A stretch of 64,000 nucleotides of DNA from Octopus vulgaris (GCA_951406725.2 OX597818.1:116622001-116686000), one strand, 5' to 3'. Positions 27,897-41,820 are shown, counted from the first letter of the stretch. The notes: generated by a model from the letters alone, not told the origin. Translations and numbers: made by a program.

Positions 27897-28277
27897 GTGG
27901 AGGCGCAACGGCCCAGTGGTTAGGGCAGCGGACTCGCGGTCGTAGAATCGCAGTTTCGATTCCCTGACCGGGTGTTGTGAGCTTGTCTTGAGTGAAAACA
28001 CCTAAAGCTCCACGAGGCTCCGGCAGTGGTTGGTGGCGAACCCTGCTGTACTCTTTCACCACAAACTTCTCTCACTCTTTCTTCCTGTTTCTGTTGTACC
28101 TGTATTTCAAAAGTCCAGCCTTGTCACACTCTCTGTCACGCTGAATCTCCCCGAGAACTACGTTAAGGGTACACGTGTCTTTGCAGCGCTCAGCCACTTG
28201 CACGTTAATTACACGAGTTGGCTATTCCGTTGATCGGACCTGCTGGAACCCACATCGTCGTAACTGGCGGAGTGCCA
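27897..28277 (+). mobile_element. SINE-C head plus module iii
   Basis: ggaggcgcaacggcccagtgg..cagccacttgcacgttaat..cgtcgtaactggcggagtgcc. Confidence 0.88.
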
Positions 28278-29285
28278 ACAGATAGAATAACAGTTAACAT
28301 ATGCTCAATATAATTTCCATTTATCCACTCTTTATCCACTCCTTATCCACTCCGTTACTGACCTGGTCAACTACAGTTCTTTGTTTTATAATTAGCTTAA
28401 GCGTATAGCTTTCGTGTTTCTTATAATTTTCAGTAGCACTTGTATAAAGTTGGGATAGGTTGCTACAAAATCATTTCTGTTTTTTTTTTCTCGTTTTTTC
28501 TCTTCTCTCTTTCGTATATCTGTTTTTACTTTGTCCCCCCATTGAAATCCGATACAACGTCCTGACATCACATGCAATGCTACTGGCAATGTAACCTAAA
28601 CCATATCACTATAATTATACCAATCAGATGCCTTTGCATGATTCTTTGAAGAATTGACCTATTGGAAATAGGTTAATTGGATGTCATGTTCAGAACTTTA
28701 AGGAAACATTTAACCCGCTTAAATTCGCTATGTTACAGATAACATAGGTTACGATTGATACAATATTGATAAACAAAGCGAAATAGTTTACATTGATTAG
28801 TAACAATTCTCTGAGTCAGAATGTTCAAACTGGGAATATAATCCCTAACATAGATAAATCATTTCTAAAACGAATCAGAGCGTCGTATTTAAGTCCCCAT
28901 ACCTCTCCCGCCATCTCGCTCTTTTTACCTTCATCCCTGTCTCCCTCATTTTTTTCTCTATCTTTCTCTCCCTCTTTCCTCTCTGTCTCTATTTCCCTTT
29001 CTGTCAATAAATGACACTTCTCAGATATGCAAATATATTTGCGCAGCACACAGCACGAGTTTAAATGTTCTCAGTGTTGTTTGCAGCCCTACTTTCTTAA
29101 GTGCTAAACTGCGCAATCCTTTGTTTACATAACGTAAATTCAGAACGAATGACCTGTATACATTGCTTGACTTCACTGCAGTTAGATTTATCTTATCTTT
29201 TACAGAGCACAAGTAAAAAAACTGCCGCATAACAGCTCTATAAATCAAAATGCTTATCCCGCTCTTATGTGAGAGTAGTTTTATT

Positions 29286-29712
29286 GGATGTTTTCGGTTT
29301 GAACGGCAGTTTTATCTAGCGGTATCATATGAAATTGTCACCCATAATTATGACCCTAGTATCAATATATTACATTTCAATCTGTTTTAGGGTTAGGGTT
29401 AGTTAGCGTTAGGGTTAGGGGGAAGGGTATCTTTTTTTCTTCCCAAATGTAAATAAACCCAATCTGTGTCTTAAACGAGGGACATATTCATACGGTACAG
29501 AATGTTTTTTTACCTCAATAGGCGTCAGTGATTGGTTGAAATTGCAGAAATTGAAGAAAAAGAACAACAAATATCTTACAACTATAGAATTTTCTCAATA
29601 AAGTCAAGAGAAAAAGATATTTTATAAACACATTCTACCAGTATACGAAGTTTAAAATTTTTTAGTTACCTAGAAATTATGTTAAAAACTGCCGGTCAAA
29701 CCGAAAAGATCC
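29286..29712 (+). mobile_element. Non-autonomous DNA transposon (Merlin-like MITE) with internal TTAGGG repeats
   Basis: 28-bp TIRs ggat[g/c]ttttcggtttga[a/c]cggcagtttt; perfect 8-bp TSD gttttatt (29278-29285, 29713-29720); 5'-GG termini with an 8-bp TSD fit Merlin. Confidence 0.85.
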
Positions 29713-29837
29713 GTTTTATTAAGAAATTACTGTACATGTCATCTTTGTTTATCTGCTTTATTTTTTGTACTCTTTTATCACTTGTTATAAGCTACGTGGA
29801 AATGACACTAAAGGGATTTGTCATTGTATAGCAAACA

Positions 29838-30152
29838 AAAGTGGAGGCGTAATGGCCCAGTGGTTAGGGCAGCGGACTCGCGGTTTCGATTCCCAGACCG
29901 GGTGATGTGTGTGTTTATTGAGCGAAAACATCTAAAGCTCCACGAGGCTCCGGCAGGGGGTGATGGTGACCCCTGTTGTACTCTTTCGCCCCAACTTTCT
30001 CTCACTCTCTCTCTTCCTTGTTTCTTGGGTAACGCTGCGATGGACTGGCGTCCCGTTCAGCTGGTGGGGGGGGATCACATACGCCACAGAAACCGGGAAA
30101 CCGGGCCCATGAGCCTGGCTAGGCTTGAAAAGGGCGCATAAATAAAATAATA
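29838..30152 (+). mobile_element. SINE-C (module ii)
   Basis: TSD atagcaaaca; matches the 10597 copy. Confidence 0.9.
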
Positions 30153-30554
30153 ATAGCAAACACAAAAGGACGAACAGACATTATGCAAGCAGCACCTGTA
30201 TGCATTATAACACTAAAGCTGCAAATATAACGAGCTTTACTCATTTACCACATAGAATAAAACAACAAACGAGTATCTTACACAATTGTTGTCCCTACGA
30301 ATTACATGGAAACAATAAAACTTAATCCCTCGATTGCTATAGTGCGAATCAAGATAAAAATGCGAGTTGGTCATGGTTTAATTTCTATTTGCCATGGATG
30401 ATTTACAACAGAACAACAACGACAACAACCCAACAGATTCTGAATCGAGAGGGCAATTTAAGAAATGTAAGGTTTGACAAATTTTCAGTAAAATTTAAGG
30501 GAAGGCTACGAACCAGCAATCGTTCTGTTGATTATTTGATGTAATGACGACTAT

Positions 30555-30713
30555 AAGAGCGGCTGTGTGGTGAGTGGCCTTCCTTACCAGCCACATGGTT
30601 CTGCGTTCAGTCCCACTGCGTGGCACTGTGGGCAATTGTCTTCTTCTATAACCTCGGCCCGATCAAAGCCTTGTGAGTAGATTTGGTAGACGGACACTCA
30701 GAGAAGCCCGTCG

Positions 30714-30776
<63 letters not shown>

Positions 30777-31030
30777 ATGTGTGTGTGTGTATGTGTGTGT
30801 GTGTGTGTGTATATGTTCGTGAGTCTGTGTTTGTCCCCCTCAACATCGAATAACAACCGATGGTGGTGTGCTTACGTCCCCCGTAACTTAGCGGTTCGGC
30901 AAAAGAGGCCGATAGAAAAAGTACTAGGCTTACAAAGAATAAGTCCTGGGGGTCTATTTGCTCGGCTAGAGGCGGTGCTCCAGCATGGCCGCAGTCATAT
31001 GACTGAAATAAATAAAAGAATATAAGAATA
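30555..31030 (+). mobile_element. SINE-B with internal (TA)n(TG)n
   Basis: ggctgtgtgg..gttcagtcccactgcgtggcac..gaagcccgtcgta[(TA)n(TG)n]..cagcatggccgcagtc. Confidence 0.9.
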
Positions 31031-31034
31031 TGTA

Positions 31035-31350
31035 TCCGCTTTGAAGTTTCTAGTCGAACAAGCCGCCTCCGTTACTTATTTTTCAAATCTGTTATTTATA
31101 TATCGGGGTTTTTCGACGAAGCGCTATATCACATGAACAAATGAAAAGCGGTTATTAAGCGGTGGAGGAGGAACAAACATAACACATATATTTATATATG
31201 CATATACACCGGGATTATCCACAGTTTTCGTTTACTAAATTCACCCACAAGGCATTGCTCAGTCCGCGACTATAATGAAAGAAATTGTTCAAGGATTGAA
31301 CCCGAGACCACGAAGTTACAAAACAAGCTTTCTCGTCACAAAACCACGTC
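31035..31350 (-). mobile_element. Old diverged SINE-B, inverted and abutting the previous copy
   Basis: gcggtggaggaggaacaaaca..aaattcacccacaaggcattg..attgaacccgagacca. Confidence 0.6.
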
Positions 31351-31370
31351 TAAGTCTTATATAGGCAGGG

Positions 31371-31678
31371 TGGGGGCACATGACCTAGTGGTTAGAGCAG
31401 CAGACTCGCGATCGAGGGATCGCGGGTTCGAATCTCAGACCGGGTGATGTGTGTGTTTATGAGCGAAACACCTAAGTTCCATGCGGCTCCAGCAGAAGGT
31501 AAAGGCGAACTTATGCTGACTCGTTCGCCACGACTTTCTGCCACTCTTTCCTCCTACATCTTGCAGCTCACATGCGACCTCACCGGCGTCCCGTCCAGGT
31601 GGGGAACCTATACACCAAGGAAACCGGGAAACTGGCCCTTATGAGCCAGGCATGGCTCGAGTAGAGAACAATAAACAA
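31371..31678 (+). mobile_element. SINE-C (module i)
   Basis: 10-bp TSD ataggcaggg; matches the 9465 copy. Confidence 0.9.
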
Positions 31679-32084
31679 ATAGGCAGGGATGAGGATCGGT
31701 TTTGCGAAGACTGCATAATTGGTCCGCTCTCACAGTGCAATCCGCACAATAGCGGAACAACATTGAGACACAGGAAAACACAAAGACTTTTGTGTCTCTT
31801 GGAGTCTGTATTCAAGATTGATGGAAGCAGGAGGGTTAACTGGAGGCTAGATTTGCCGGTGTTAGTACAATAATGCGCTAGTTACTGCATTCAAACCTCA
31901 GAAGATAGGTTGGTAAAAAGCCAAAATCGCTTTTTTCAGTCGAATTATCGTGCCAAAATGCAAACGTCATCAAGAATGACGGGTAATGCACGACGCAGAC
32001 TACATGTATATGCGTGTGAAAGTGAGTGGGTGTAAATGCCAGCGTGTGTATATGTGTGTGTGGGCGTTTTATATTAAATTATAT

Positions 32085-32610
<526 letters not shown>

Positions 32611-34019
32611 ATGCAGAGACAGATAATCTAATCTATATCTATCTTGAGTGATAGATATATAAGTTAGAGATGCGTCTCATATGAAATACATAAAAATATT
32701 GTAAAGTTTACAATTCCACATACGATCAGAGTAAACTATGGCAAACAACTTCTTAAGTATCTACTCATTTCTCATTCATAGCCATAAAACATAATCTGAA
32801 GTGCGTAGGCCTGTATATAGGAAATCTATGAAGATTCTTGATTTGTAGAGATTTCAGTAAACAAAACTGTCTGTCTATTGGTAAATTTCGCAAAAGATCG
32901 CTGATTGCGGATATTTACTAAAAATAGTAAGTTGAGAGCAATTAATATTTTTGGCAATGATAGACACTTGGCAAATTTAAAAGGATGGATGAAATAAAAT
33001 AAGAACTAACAAAATCCATTACTTTAAAGTAGTAAAGACTACGTCACTAATAAGGCTAAAATATATAAAATTGCATAGCGATGTCGTCGTTACTTTAGGA
33101 ATCAATTGAATATTTGAAGGATTGTATACCCGCAAAACAAGCAACTTTCGATGACGGTGTTTCTATTAAGTCACCAATCATTAGATATAGAAGGAAAATG
33201 TCCTCTAGGAGGCCTTGAATTGCTAAATCAGGTACAACATAGAATAAACAGTTGATCCGCAACAAACTGCTGAAGAAGTTTCTTTGAATCACATAAGAAC
33301 AGAATAAAAATGGTACACACACACTTACACACATACACAAAGAAAGATTAGCGTAGCAAATGGCTGCCTCGACTAAAACGTTATACAGTTGTGTGTATGT
33401 GTTTATATGTGTGTGTGTGTGTGTGTATCTGTGTGTGTGTGCATGTATGTATGTATGCTTTATTTATAATGTGGGAAATATATGTTTCTAGCATAAAATG
33501 GTTAGGAATACATAATATGCTAAACAAGGGAAGGAAGGAAACTGGTAGGAGTCGAGGACGATAAAGCTGATGAATGTCAACTGTTGAAATTTATTTGAAT
33601 AACAACATCAAAAGAAATGAGGACATAAAAAGCAACAACCGTAGCTGCACCAACAGTAACATCAATTACAACAACAACAACAACAACTACTACTACTACT
33701 ACTTTAACTGCAACCGTTACACATTTACACGCTCATGTTGTTACTGAAGTACCCTTACTGAGCCTACGTTTGGATTCCATTACATTGAGTATACAGATTA
33801 CATTTGATTTTTTTTTACTTTTTTCAGTTTATTAATATTTTACTATGATCTCTGCAGATGTCGAATTATGATATATGTCTGCATTCACGTGTCGGCATAC
33901 ATACATCCACGTACACACACATACACACACGAGCATGCGCATAGATGTACACACTCCTGCTGATGCTCTACTACTACTGCAAATGCCATTAATGTTACCG
34001 CTAGTAACATTAATAATTA

Positions 34020-34420
34020 TTTCAAATTTTTGCCACAAAGGCAGCTTGGGTGGTGGTGGAGATGAGTCGATTACATTGATCCCAGGGTTCAACCGGTTCT
34101 TATTTTATCGACTCCAGAAAGCATAAAAGGTAAAGTCGACCTCAGCGGAATTTGAACTCAGAATGTAGCGACGGGCGAAATATGACTGAGCATTTCGTCC
34201 AGCGTGCTACAGATTCGGCCACCTCGCCGCCTTCTAATAACATTAATAATAACAGTCTACTTCAAATCTTGCTGCAAAGCCAGTAATAAGAGGAAGGATG
34301 TCGATGATATCGACCCTAGTATATGACTGGTATTTTATTTCATCGACGCGATAGGATGAAAGGCAATGTTGACTTCAACGGTATTTCAGTTCGGAAGGTA
34401 AAGAGCCGGAAGAATATCAC
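34020..34420 (-). mobile_element. Two SINE-A copies in tandem
   Basis: aaagtcgacctcagcggaatttgaactcagaa..cctcgccgcctt followed by a second diverged copy. Confidence 0.8.
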
Positions 34421-34991
34421 CGGAAGAATATGGTCAGAGCGATGCTACAAGTTGTTGAAATTAAATCATATGAAGTGAAAATTCCGTCGTTGACCAACAG
34501 AAAAAACCCCGTAATTCTATAGGGCAAGGTACCATATTACACAATGACTTCAAAAATTCAACGGAGAAATATTAAAGCAAGTTGTACAACTCTGCCCTGC
34601 TTGGTTGAAACAAAGCTAAATATTCTAAACTTGGTGCAAAGAAAAAATCATTATTCCCAAGAAACAGGTGATAAGAAATCTATCAAACTATGAACCTATA
34701 CACAAGCGATTCTCATAAATCTTGACGAAAATAATTGCCATATATTGAATGAAAAGTATCTCCATGAATAAGACTGATTTCATATTTTAGAAATATATCT
34801 GAAGAGGCACTCAATGCTAAATTTGCACCTAGAATCATTGCAGTCATTGTTTTCATATAAACAGACACTTTTTTAAAGTCATCTCTATAGATTTTTTTAA
34901 TAGAAATCAGAGCCAGCACTGAAAGTTGCGCCCTTTCGTACATGAATATGTCTATATAAAAAATACGATCAAAATAGAAAAATAGGTTATA

Positions 34992-35036
34992 GGTGTATTT
35001 GCATATTTCAGGATTTATTGTTCCTTCTTCAGCGCC
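34992..35036 (-). ncRNA. Minimal type-I hammerhead ribozyme motif (PLE-type)
   Basis: Minus strand: ggcg-CTGAAGA-agga-acaataaa-tcct-GAAA-tatgcaaa-TA-cacc; perfect 4-bp helix II, near-palindromic helix III, helix I 3/4. Confidence 0.65.
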
Positions 35037-35203
35037 ATACCCAATCCATTAAACATCCACAAAGACAATGCTTAACTAGTCACGAAATAACGCAGTATAC
35101 ACAATTGGGTATACCAATTATACATATTAAAAACATTCATGGCAACTGATGCGTACATGTTGGTTATTGTTAATGACGCAACATTTCGTTGGGGAAGCAC
35201 AAC

Positions 35204-35398
35204 ATACTACCAAGTATATTAAAGGCTCCTGAGTCAATACTCTGTCCTACCTGTGTTACCAGTGCGATTTAATTTTTTTAATGGCCCTAGTTTCTGTGGA
35301 GAATCTGTAGAGATAACTTTTAAATGTGATTGAATCGCACTGCTAACACCGGTAGGACAGAGTATTGACTTATAAGCCTTTAATATACTTGGAAGTAT
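35204..35398. mobile_element. MITE-like foldback with 70-bp arms and 55-bp spacer
   Basis: 35204-35273 is the reverse complement of 35329-35398 (about 7 mismatches); TA near both ends. Confidence 0.75.
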
Positions 35399-35612
35399 AT
35401 TACGTTTGCACAACAAAACACAGTGTCCTTACCAGCAATTGACATTATATACAGAGTAAGTTAAGATTCGTGAAGTCCATTCCAGTTTAGTTTAGTTGCC
35501 AGTCATATAAAATCTGCTATATATTAGTGAGATATTCTTGTGTGTGCTTTTTCAAACTAAGTTTGATAGTTTCTTATACTGAAGTCGATGGTAGTTATTG
35601 TGAGAACGTTTT

Positions 35613-35843
35613 AAGGCGGCGAGCTGGCAGAAACGTTAGCACGCCGGGCGAAATGCTTAGCGGTATTTCGTCTGTCGTTACGTTGTGAGTTCAAATTCCG
35701 CCGAGGTTGACTTTGCCTTTCATCCTTTCGGGGTCGATAAATTAAGTACCAGTTACTCACTGGGGTCGACATAATCGACTTAATCCCTTTGTTCTTTTTT
35801 TGCCCACTGTATGTTTATCCCCTTGTGGGTAGTAAAGAAATAA
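35613..35843 (+). mobile_element. SINE-A, single unit
   Basis: ggcggcgagctggcagaaacgttagcacgccgggcg..ccttgtgggtagtaaagaaata. Confidence 0.92.
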
Positions 35844-36839
35844 GAAACAGCGTAGAAAATTCTGAAACAAATGTATTTAGTACATAGATGACGCCTCTAT
35901 ATAATGTAGTCACTCTTTTAATCTGAGGATCAATTAAACAAGACTTGTGCAAGAAACAAAGCAGCGATTAAAAATGAACTTTTATAGCGAAGGGTGAAAC
36001 TATTGTTCAATTTAATCCAGCCTTTATTTTATCTCCAGCTTCAGTGCTCCGTCGTTTAAGTATTGTATAAGATATTTAAAGAAAGGCATATATGATTAAA
36101 TTACTCCATCGTCATAGAATGAAACATAGTGGACAGTAATGTAAACTGTCGGGTATTGGCAGATTGCTATAATTAATGAACTTGTTTCCTAGTAACGGAA
36201 TAAAGTGGCTTGTCATACGTAAGTGCAGATGTTAAATGACTGCTGACTTCGTATTCTATTTGTACCTCACCAAATGTAAACTAAGATATCTGTAAAATGT
36301 TGTTTGAAAAGCAAACAGACCAATTGTCCACGTTACAAACAGACTGATGATCCATCTGCATAGTATATTAACTAACAGAATTTTTCGTGACCAGGACATA
36401 TTAATTTTTACGTCCTTCCTATTTACATGTGTGTCAAAAAGAATTAACTTTCACTGAGCTGATTTTTATGTAATGCAGTCTGTTTACAGATAAAGATGCA
36501 GATCGCACTCAATATGGGTCATTTGTTATTTTAGATTACGTGATTCAGGGTTGGTTTTATCAAATTATCAGTCATCCAGGAAGTGCATTTCCGTTTGGAT
36601 TTCAAAACAATTTTAAAGCAAATATTCTAAAGTTTTGTTCTACGTTCATTTAATGCTACAAGAAAAATCTTTCCATTTCAGTGTTTAACGATTTAGTACT
36701 ATGACGTCAGAATTAGTATTCCATATTAACTTCTAAACTGTCACCCAAGACTACTTTTGTAATATCAGATTACACTCACTCAGTAGTTTTAGTGAAATAA
36801 GTATTTTTCTAAATTGTACGGATGTGGCCGTATAATCTT

Positions 36840-37370
36840 TGCTTTATATCCTTTCGGGGTCGATAAATTAAGTACCAGTTGCCTACTGGGGTCGATCTAA
36901 TCGACTATTCCCCTCTCCCAAAATTTCGGGCCTTGTGTCTAGAGTAGAAAAGAAAATTTGTAGAAGTAAAAAGGCGGTGAGCTAGCAGAAATGTTAGCAC
37001 ACACGGCGAAATGCTTAGTAGTATTTCGTCTGCCACTACGTTCTGAATTCAAATTCCGCGGAGGTCGATTTTGCCTTTCATCCTTTCGGGGTCGATAAAT
37101 TAAGTACCAGTTACGCACTGGAGTCGATATAATCGACTTAATCCGTTTGTCTGTCCTTGTTTGTCCTCTCTGTGTGTAGCCCCTTGTGGGTAGTAAAGAA
37201 ATAGGTATTTCGTGTCTTTACATTCCGAGTTCAAATTCCGCTGAGGCTGATTTTGCCTTTCATCCTTTCGGGATCGATAAATTAAGTACCAGTTGCGTAC
37301 TGAGGTCGATCTAATTGACTGGCCCCCTCCCCAGAATTTCAGGACTTGTGCCTAGAGTAGAAAAGAATAT
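36840..37370 (+). mobile_element. 5'-truncated SINE-A followed by a two-unit SINE-A
   Basis: Three copies of cctttcggg[g/a]tcgataaattaagtaccag; 3' end cttgtgcctagagtagaaaagaa. Confidence 0.9.
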
Positions 37371-39009
37371 ATTTGTTCCAGTGAAGTTGCTTATGCATTT
37401 CGGGCACACTCTCACCATCATAGTTACTAGTGTTTGCACCAATCAAAGACAATAACCAATATATCTATTGAAGGAGGTAGTGCTCCAGTCTGGCCATAAT
37501 CTCCATAGCTTCTACCAGTCTGAATGAAAAAGAATATTGTAGTTTAAAACCTGTTTTTAAAATTACAAAAATTTCCATTGATCTGCTGACAATTCATTAC
37601 CTGAATTGAAACATAGAATTGCAAAATTACGAAGTTGACACATTTAACACATGACACTAACTTTACCCTGAAAAGTTTGTCAAAGAACTTGTGGTGTTTA
37701 TTTATCAGTTTCTGCCCCTAATTTGAATGATTCTTTATGCAACTTTGCTTTACATATTACCTGGTTCGATAAAATACGTAATGGATTAGTTGTGGTATAG
37801 AATATTTCAGTCAGTATCCACTCATATAATTTTGGCATCGTCTCCGTGATAAAAATCAACAAGAATTGAAGTAGCTGAGTGTTTAGCCATGTTTCTAGCC
37901 TCAATTGATTTCCAGAATATTCAAGTTGCCATGGAGTGTATAAATGAAGGAAGAGATAGAGAGACAGAAAAACAGATAGAGTTGCACTTGAATGTTGATC
38001 AAACGCAATAAGGTAGATTCAAGAGAAATATTATTTAATAAATAATGAAATCGTGAAGTACCTTTAATCTCACTTCTGAAGTTACCCACTTTCAGATGCG
38101 ACAGCCTACGCACCGACTATGGTGTTTGTATTTGTCGGCACACGATATTAAAAGCCTTATATTTTCCTCTGGGAATATTACATAAATAAAAAAAAAGAAG
38201 GAATTCTTTTATAACCATGAGAACAATTTTATATAACACCGTTCTGTCTGACATGATCGAATATAGTAGATCGCTGTTGTCAACGAAATCAGTGGTATGT
38301 GCATTTGATAAAAAGTACACGTGGCCTAAATTTTGATTTTTGACTTAGGAACATAGGCACAAACTTAGGTGATATAAATTGTCGATAAGCTAAATCTCAG
38401 TACTTGACTGAATTTTATTCATATTACTGTCAGATCTACGAAATTAATCTACGGGGGCTTAAACTCTGAACTTAAAGAACAATAACTCGATACTGCTAAT
38501 CATTTTGACCGACTGTCTAATGATTCTGCCAACGAACCACATATTTAATTTGTTTCTTTAACAGTCTTTTATTATTAATTACTTCCATATTCCCTGCACC
38601 AAAACCTAGTTGATAGACCTGTCAACATCATATGTATTGTGTTAAGCCAAACAAGGAGCTACAGCATAATTGTAGATCTTGCTAGAAACAGCAGTCTAAT
38701 CTCTCTTAAACAATAGCATAAAATTCTTAAAAAAAGACGAAAATATCAGTGCGGAATATATTTTGGTACTTGGTAACATTTTTACTTTTAAATAAGAATG
38801 GATGTTAAAGGCTGAAACAACTTGAGTCATATACTATCGCAAACGGTCCAGACTTCGAAATAAACAGCAATACGGAGTGTATTGCATATTTCAGGTGTCA
38901 CTTTGAACATTTCACTAAGGTTTTTAACTCCGAAGTTGCATTATTATGGAAATATCTCATTGCCTTAATTTTGTTGGATATTTGTAAAACTTTCGAATTA
39001 TAATAGTAA

Positions 39010-39218
39010 TTTCTACTAAAGGCAAAAGACCTGAAATTTGTGGTAGGGGAATAATCGATTACACCAACCCCAGTGTTTTACTGGTACTTAATTTATTGAC
39101 CCCGAAAGGATGAAAAACAGAATCGACTTCGGCAGAATTTGAACACAGAACGTAAAGACGGATGAAATGCCTCTAAGCATTTGCCCGGCGTCGTAAGGAT
39201 TCTGTCAGCTCACCGCCT

Positions 39219-39219
<1 letters not shown>
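39010..39219 (-). mobile_element. SINE-A
   Basis: gaccccgaaaggatgaaa..cagctcaccgcctt. Confidence 0.85.
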
Positions 39220-39355
<136 letters not shown>

Positions 39356-39590
39356 GCATTCCTTTCTGCTGGAGGCACAAGGCCTCAAATTTTTGAGGAA
39401 GGGATTAAGTCGTTGGGACCCTTCCATTACAGATGCAATCCATGCATGCGATGGCTTTTGCATTTAATTTAACTAATCAGGAACTGTATGAAAGGAACTT
39501 GCCCAAGGTACCACGTAGTGGTATCGAACCTGGGTCCTATTGTTAGGAAGCGGACTTGTTAGCAACACAACCACCCCTGCTTTTAAATTC

Positions 39591-39960
39591 TTTTGCTCTT
39601 TACTCTTTTAATTGTTTCAGTCATTTGACTGCGACCATGCTGGAGCACCCCCTTCAGTCGAGTACCCCCTTCATTCTTTGTAAGCCTAGTACTTATTCTA
39701 TCGGTCTCTTTTGCCGAACCGCTATGTTACAGGGGCGTAAACACACCAGCATCGGTTGTCAAGTGATATATATACATATATATATATATACATATATACA
39801 CGGGCTTCTTTCAGTTTCCGTCTACCAAATCCACTCACAAAGCTTTGGTCGGTCCGAGGCTATAGTAGAAAACACTTGCCCAAGGTGTCACGCAGTGGGA
39901 CTCAACCCGGAACCATGTGGTTCATAAGCAAGTTACTTACCACGCAGCCACTCCTACGCC
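39591..39960 (-). mobile_element. SINE-B
   Basis: Reverse complement of the B pattern, head ends ccactcctacgcc. Confidence 0.9.
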
Positions 39961-40619
39961 TATAGTTTAAATGAGGTAGAACAAAATTATAAAATACTAT
40001 CCACATTACCTCATCGACAGAGAAGATAACTGCGTGCTTGGATTTAACAAGAAACTAATAGAACATAACACAGACTTAGCTATTTGCGGGTCTGACTGCA
40101 CTTTTCCTACTAAATCGACCAGCACACTTATATTCCAGATATTAAAAATGTTTCCCCTTATACAATGACAGTGAAATACAACCGATAAAATCATATGTTG
40201 ATCTCAGCTAAATATTTATTCTGTTCTCATTGAAGCTGAAGATATCTTGCGTTGATTGCTTACTCACTCCAAATTCGTTTCATTAAACGTATTTTTCTAA
40301 AAACCGTCCTGAGAAACAGCAATTAGAAAAGATCATTTCCTGAAATATCATGACTGGAAATACATTAAATTGGTATAACGTTTCTATACTTACTTACTTC
40401 TATTTCGCTTTTCCACTAATTGAATCAATGAGTGGTGTATATATATATATATTGCATTGATCCTTCTCAGCTTACTCCTAAATAAATATTTGGAAATAAT
40501 ACGATATCAACTTTAGATAGTTCTCAATTCTATAAAGCTTCTACACTTTCTATTTTATTGAATCAAGATTTATAAAAAACAGGTTCACCAATACGTGTGC
40601 AGAAAAGCAAAACACATTG

Positions 40620-40674
40620 CATATCCGTATATATATATATACACACGCATACATATATGCATACATATATACAT

Positions 40675-40733
<59 letters not shown>

Positions 40734-40750
40734 AATAAATACATATATAC

Positions 40751-40789
<39 letters not shown>

Positions 40790-40824
40790 CATACGAACAT
40801 GAAAATATGCTCACTCCTCTCCAT

Positions 40825-40922
<98 letters not shown>

Positions 40923-40955
40923 TATATACACATATATACATACATATATATATAA

Positions 40956-40989
<34 letters not shown>

Positions 40990-41006
40990 GTGTGCGTGTG
41001 TGTGTG

Positions 41007-41039
<33 letters not shown>

Positions 41040-41040
41040 A
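40620..41040. repeat. Compound (TA)n/(CA)n/(ATCT)n/(TG)n field
   Basis: Direct reading. Confidence 0.9.
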
Positions 41041-41412
41041 TAATGTAAATGCATGTGAGAATGTGAACCTCGCGAATCAGCTGTTGTGTATTGACTACTG
41101 AAGAATAGAGTGAACATAATTGGTATGCTGTTGAAACAAACATCCGATAATCTGATATATGTGAATGCATGTGTGTGTAGTATATATGTATGCATGTATG
41201 CATCCGTCACGATAATAGTTTGCAATGGAAAGGGAATATAGATGTTATTGGAGTTTCTATGCTTTGTTTATTCTTTAATGTTCGTAGGCTGCACTGTTCT
41301 TCTTCAGCGTACATTCAGTAAAAAAATTTTAATTGGGTTATTCAGCTCAGGCGTATGGATTTGCTTGCAAACGAAACCAAACATTCTCGTTACAGACTCT
41401 TTTCTCTTTTTT

Positions 41413-41604
41413 ATTTTACTCTTTTTACTTGTTTCAGTCATTTGACTGCGGCCATGCTGGAGCACCGCCTTTAATCGAGCAACTCGACCCCGGGACTTAT
41501 TCTTTTGTAAGCCCAGTACTAATTCTATCGGTCTCTTTTGCCGAACCGCTAAGTAACGGGGACATAAACACTAGGGGACAAACACAGACACACAAACACA
41601 CACA

Positions 41605-41660
<56 letters not shown>

Positions 41661-41820
41661 TACGACGGGCTTCTTTCAGTTTCCGTCTACCAAATCCACT
41701 CACAAGGTTTTGGTCGGCCCGAGGCTATAGTAGAAGACACTTGCCCAAGGTGCCACGCAGTGGGACTGAACCCGGAACCATATGGTTGGTAGACAAGCTA
41801 CTTACCACACAGCCACTCCT
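41413..41820 (-). mobile_element. SINE-B
   Basis: Well-preserved reverse-strand copy with internal (TA)n. Confidence 0.92.

Noticed and set aside
27897-27970. tRNA genes at SINE-C/D heads
   Set aside because: A and B boxes are present, but they continue into SINE bodies with TSDs and lack a proper acceptor stem
28321-28353. Three TTATCCAC motifs resembling DnaA boxes
   Set aside because: An 11-bp tandem micro-repeat in eukaryotic DNA; no bacterial context
29386-29430. True telomere or chromosome-fusion site
   Set aside because: Only a few imperfect TTAGGG units, inside a TIR/TSD-bounded element
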